The translations under genes were made by a program, and so were the position numbers. Positions 62,277-64,000 of a DNA stretch of 64,000 bases are shown piece by piece. Positions within the stretch are counted from its first letter, which is position 1. Every line of letters begins with the position of its first letter. The notes under the pieces were generated by a model that did no database searches, was not told the origin of the DNA, and saw only the letters and a program-made list of their open reading frames with translations. Source of the DNA: Rhodothermales bacterium (GTDB lineage Bacteria; Bacteroidota; Rhodothermia; Rhodothermales; Bin80); the NCBI GenBank assembly GCA_965215475.1, contig OZ244061.1, positions 764,563 to 828,562 on the forward strand, read 5' to 3'.

Positions 62277-63673
62277 GGTTCTTCCACTTTTTTAGTGGGT
62301 TGAACGATTTTGATAGCCTACTGGATATAAATCCAGACCGCCAAGATAGAAGTATATCGCATTCGCAAACCGCTCGGGATTTCGGAATCCTCGTGCACGA
62401 ACTTTGATCGTTTTAATCCGACTATTGATCCTCTCAGCGGGTCCATTACTCACCCGGAGAACAATGGCATTGATGATTCCCCAGAGATGTTTTTTGATCG
62501 TCTTGGAGACGTTTCTCATGGGATCCAACCGACTTCTGTCAAGCCATCCTACCCATCGCTTCCAGCCTTTGCGTGCCCAAGTACGACTCGTGTAATTCCA
62601 CAGCTTCAAGTTCATTTCCTTCATCGCCCAAGCACGTGCTGTTTTCAACGTACTGTTCTTTCATGGATCCAATCGTTTCTTTTGTTTTGCCGACATATTC
62701 TTCCGGTTGGTGAGCCAGTCATACTTCGTCCCAACCAGATCCAGAATGCCTTCTCGCTTCAAGACACGATGCTCTTGTTTACGAACGGTATCGAGTCCCC
62801 CCTGAATATAGTTCGTCACATGAAAAGGATCAAACGCAATCTTTTTTTGAGCATCTGCTACACACGCTTGGGTCGCACGAATCTATGCAGGCCACAGATC
62901 CATACTCACGCTCTTGAGGGTCTGGAGTTGTTCAGATGAACAGGTCGTATCATAGGACTTTAAACTCTCAATCTTGCGACCCTGCGCCACAAACAACACC
63001 CTACCCTTGGTCGGATCCGACACGATCGTTACATAGTTATGCCCTTTCTTGGAGGCGATCTCATCCACACAGATATGCTCCACATTCTCCTTCTCTTTGC
63101 GGGCGTTCCCACGCTTCACAGCACGATCCATAATGTGCGATATCATGGTCCAACTCACCTCCAGACGATCGGCCACCGCCGCTATAGTACTTGCATCGTG
63201 TAACCAATCAATCACGCGTGCCTCAAACTGGGTGGTGAATTGGACTTGGGCATCCGCCCAAGGTGCCGATAGGGTACTGACCCCATGCTCTGGGCAGTTT
63301 ACGCGTGGGACCTTCGCTACAACCTTCGTACGGTAGTCGCAAATATTCGTATGGCGCCATGTACGCGTACGATGATCGTAACCAGGACACTCCTTCCCAC
63401 AATGTGGACAGTGTAGCTTCACATCGTCCGGAAGCGTTACGTGGATCTTCGCCCATGATTCGGTGGTGTCTTGCTCAATTTCCGATACCACCCAAGGGGA
63501 TTTGACGCCGATAAGGTGGTTGATATCTGTGATTTTTAAGGCCATGTCAATAGGGTGATAGAATGATGGGTTGTAAACACCTAATATACTATATCAATCC
63601 TTTCTAAACCTCATTCAAATCCGATCGTTTACACTTCTTTTCAGGCTTTACCCACTTAAAAAACGGAAGCCCC
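62277..63673 (-). mobile_element. ISL3-family insertion sequence, complete ends, inactivated transposase
   Basis: IRs GGTTCTTCCACTTTTTTAGTGGGT and GGGGCTTCCGTTTTTTAAGTGGGT; 8-bp TSD GAATCTTT at 62269-62276 and 63674-63681. Confidence 0.92.
62292..63545 (-). pseudogene. ISL3 transposase (internal stop at 62883 plus a frameshift)
   Basis: CPHCG, VPRVNCPEHG, VDE, SMDLWPA*, AFDPFHV, SNGPAERIN, RARGFRN. Confidence 0.9.
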
Positions 63674-63796
63674 GAATCTTTTTTGGTTTAGCGGGAATTA
63701 CTGAACTGCTGTGAGTTTTGACCAAAGACGTTCAAAAATTAGGGGACATAATCCAAGGAAAGGAACTTTACAACCTCTTTTCGTTGAAAACCGTTC

Positions 63797-64000
63797 ATGT
63801 TCATTTCAACCGAAGTACTTATGTCCATTCTCAGTTTTCTTCTATTGCTTTCTGTGGTTCCGAACTCGGCAAGTGACTTGTTTGCAACCTCTTCCATTTT
63901 ACCCCCCCCCCATTTTTCGGGTGATCGCGCCATAGGGACGCTCCCTGATGGATTTTCCGAACTTGAGTCTGCCAAGAAGACGTCTCCCTTAGGGGGCGGA
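63797..64000 (+). CDS. 5' end of a secreted protein with an in-frame C10 cassette after its signal peptide (runs off the window)
   Basis: MFISTEVLMSILSFLLLLSVVPNSASDLFATSSILPPPHFSGDRAIG..., 68 codons open to the edge; not in the ORF track. Confidence 0.65.
   Translation, partial: MFISTEVLMSILSFLLLLSVVPNSASDLFATSSILPPPHFSGDRAIGTLPDGFSELESAKKTSPLGGG
63896..63917 (+). repeat. Homopolymer cassette ATTTTA-C10-ATTTTT (in frame)
   Basis: C10 at 63902-63911. Confidence 0.9.

Noticed and set aside
63739-63975. Minus-strand 78-aa ORF through the G10 tract
   Set aside because: No recognisable features; the opposite strand gives a signal peptide plus PPPHF matching the FN3 gene. Not fully excluded at the window edge.

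Overview
Bacterial chromosomal window. It is most consistent with a Rhodothermota/Bacteroidota-type organism (T9SS C-terminal sorting domains, GlnRS with a YqeY domain) and probably a host-associated one (FN3, Calx-beta and spondin surface proteins, many dead IS); both are inferences. A compact housekeeping backbone (rpsA, cmk, methylmalonyl-CoA mutase locus, glnS, gltX, PPIases, moxR, topoisomerase A/B, holB, EF-G-like, accD, nagB, DAHP synthase, pepF) is interrupted by four accessory zones. (1) A type III mod gene split at a G10 tract. (2) A ~13-kb island with a ~3000-aa FN3/T9SS protein and IS1380/ISNCY relics. (3) A tRNA-Met-adjacent island with a group II intron relic, MITEs and a triplicated MITE-bounded membrane-protein gene with a variable heptad number. 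(4) An ISL3 relic before a secreted-protein gene. The main signal is one homopolymer cassette, TT(T/C)A-C(9-17)-ATTTTT, found four times. It sits in the N-terminal coding region of two secreted proteins (reading P(n)-H-F when in frame) and, inverted, inside the mod gene. This looks like a shared, flank-conserved ON/OFF phase-variation switch.
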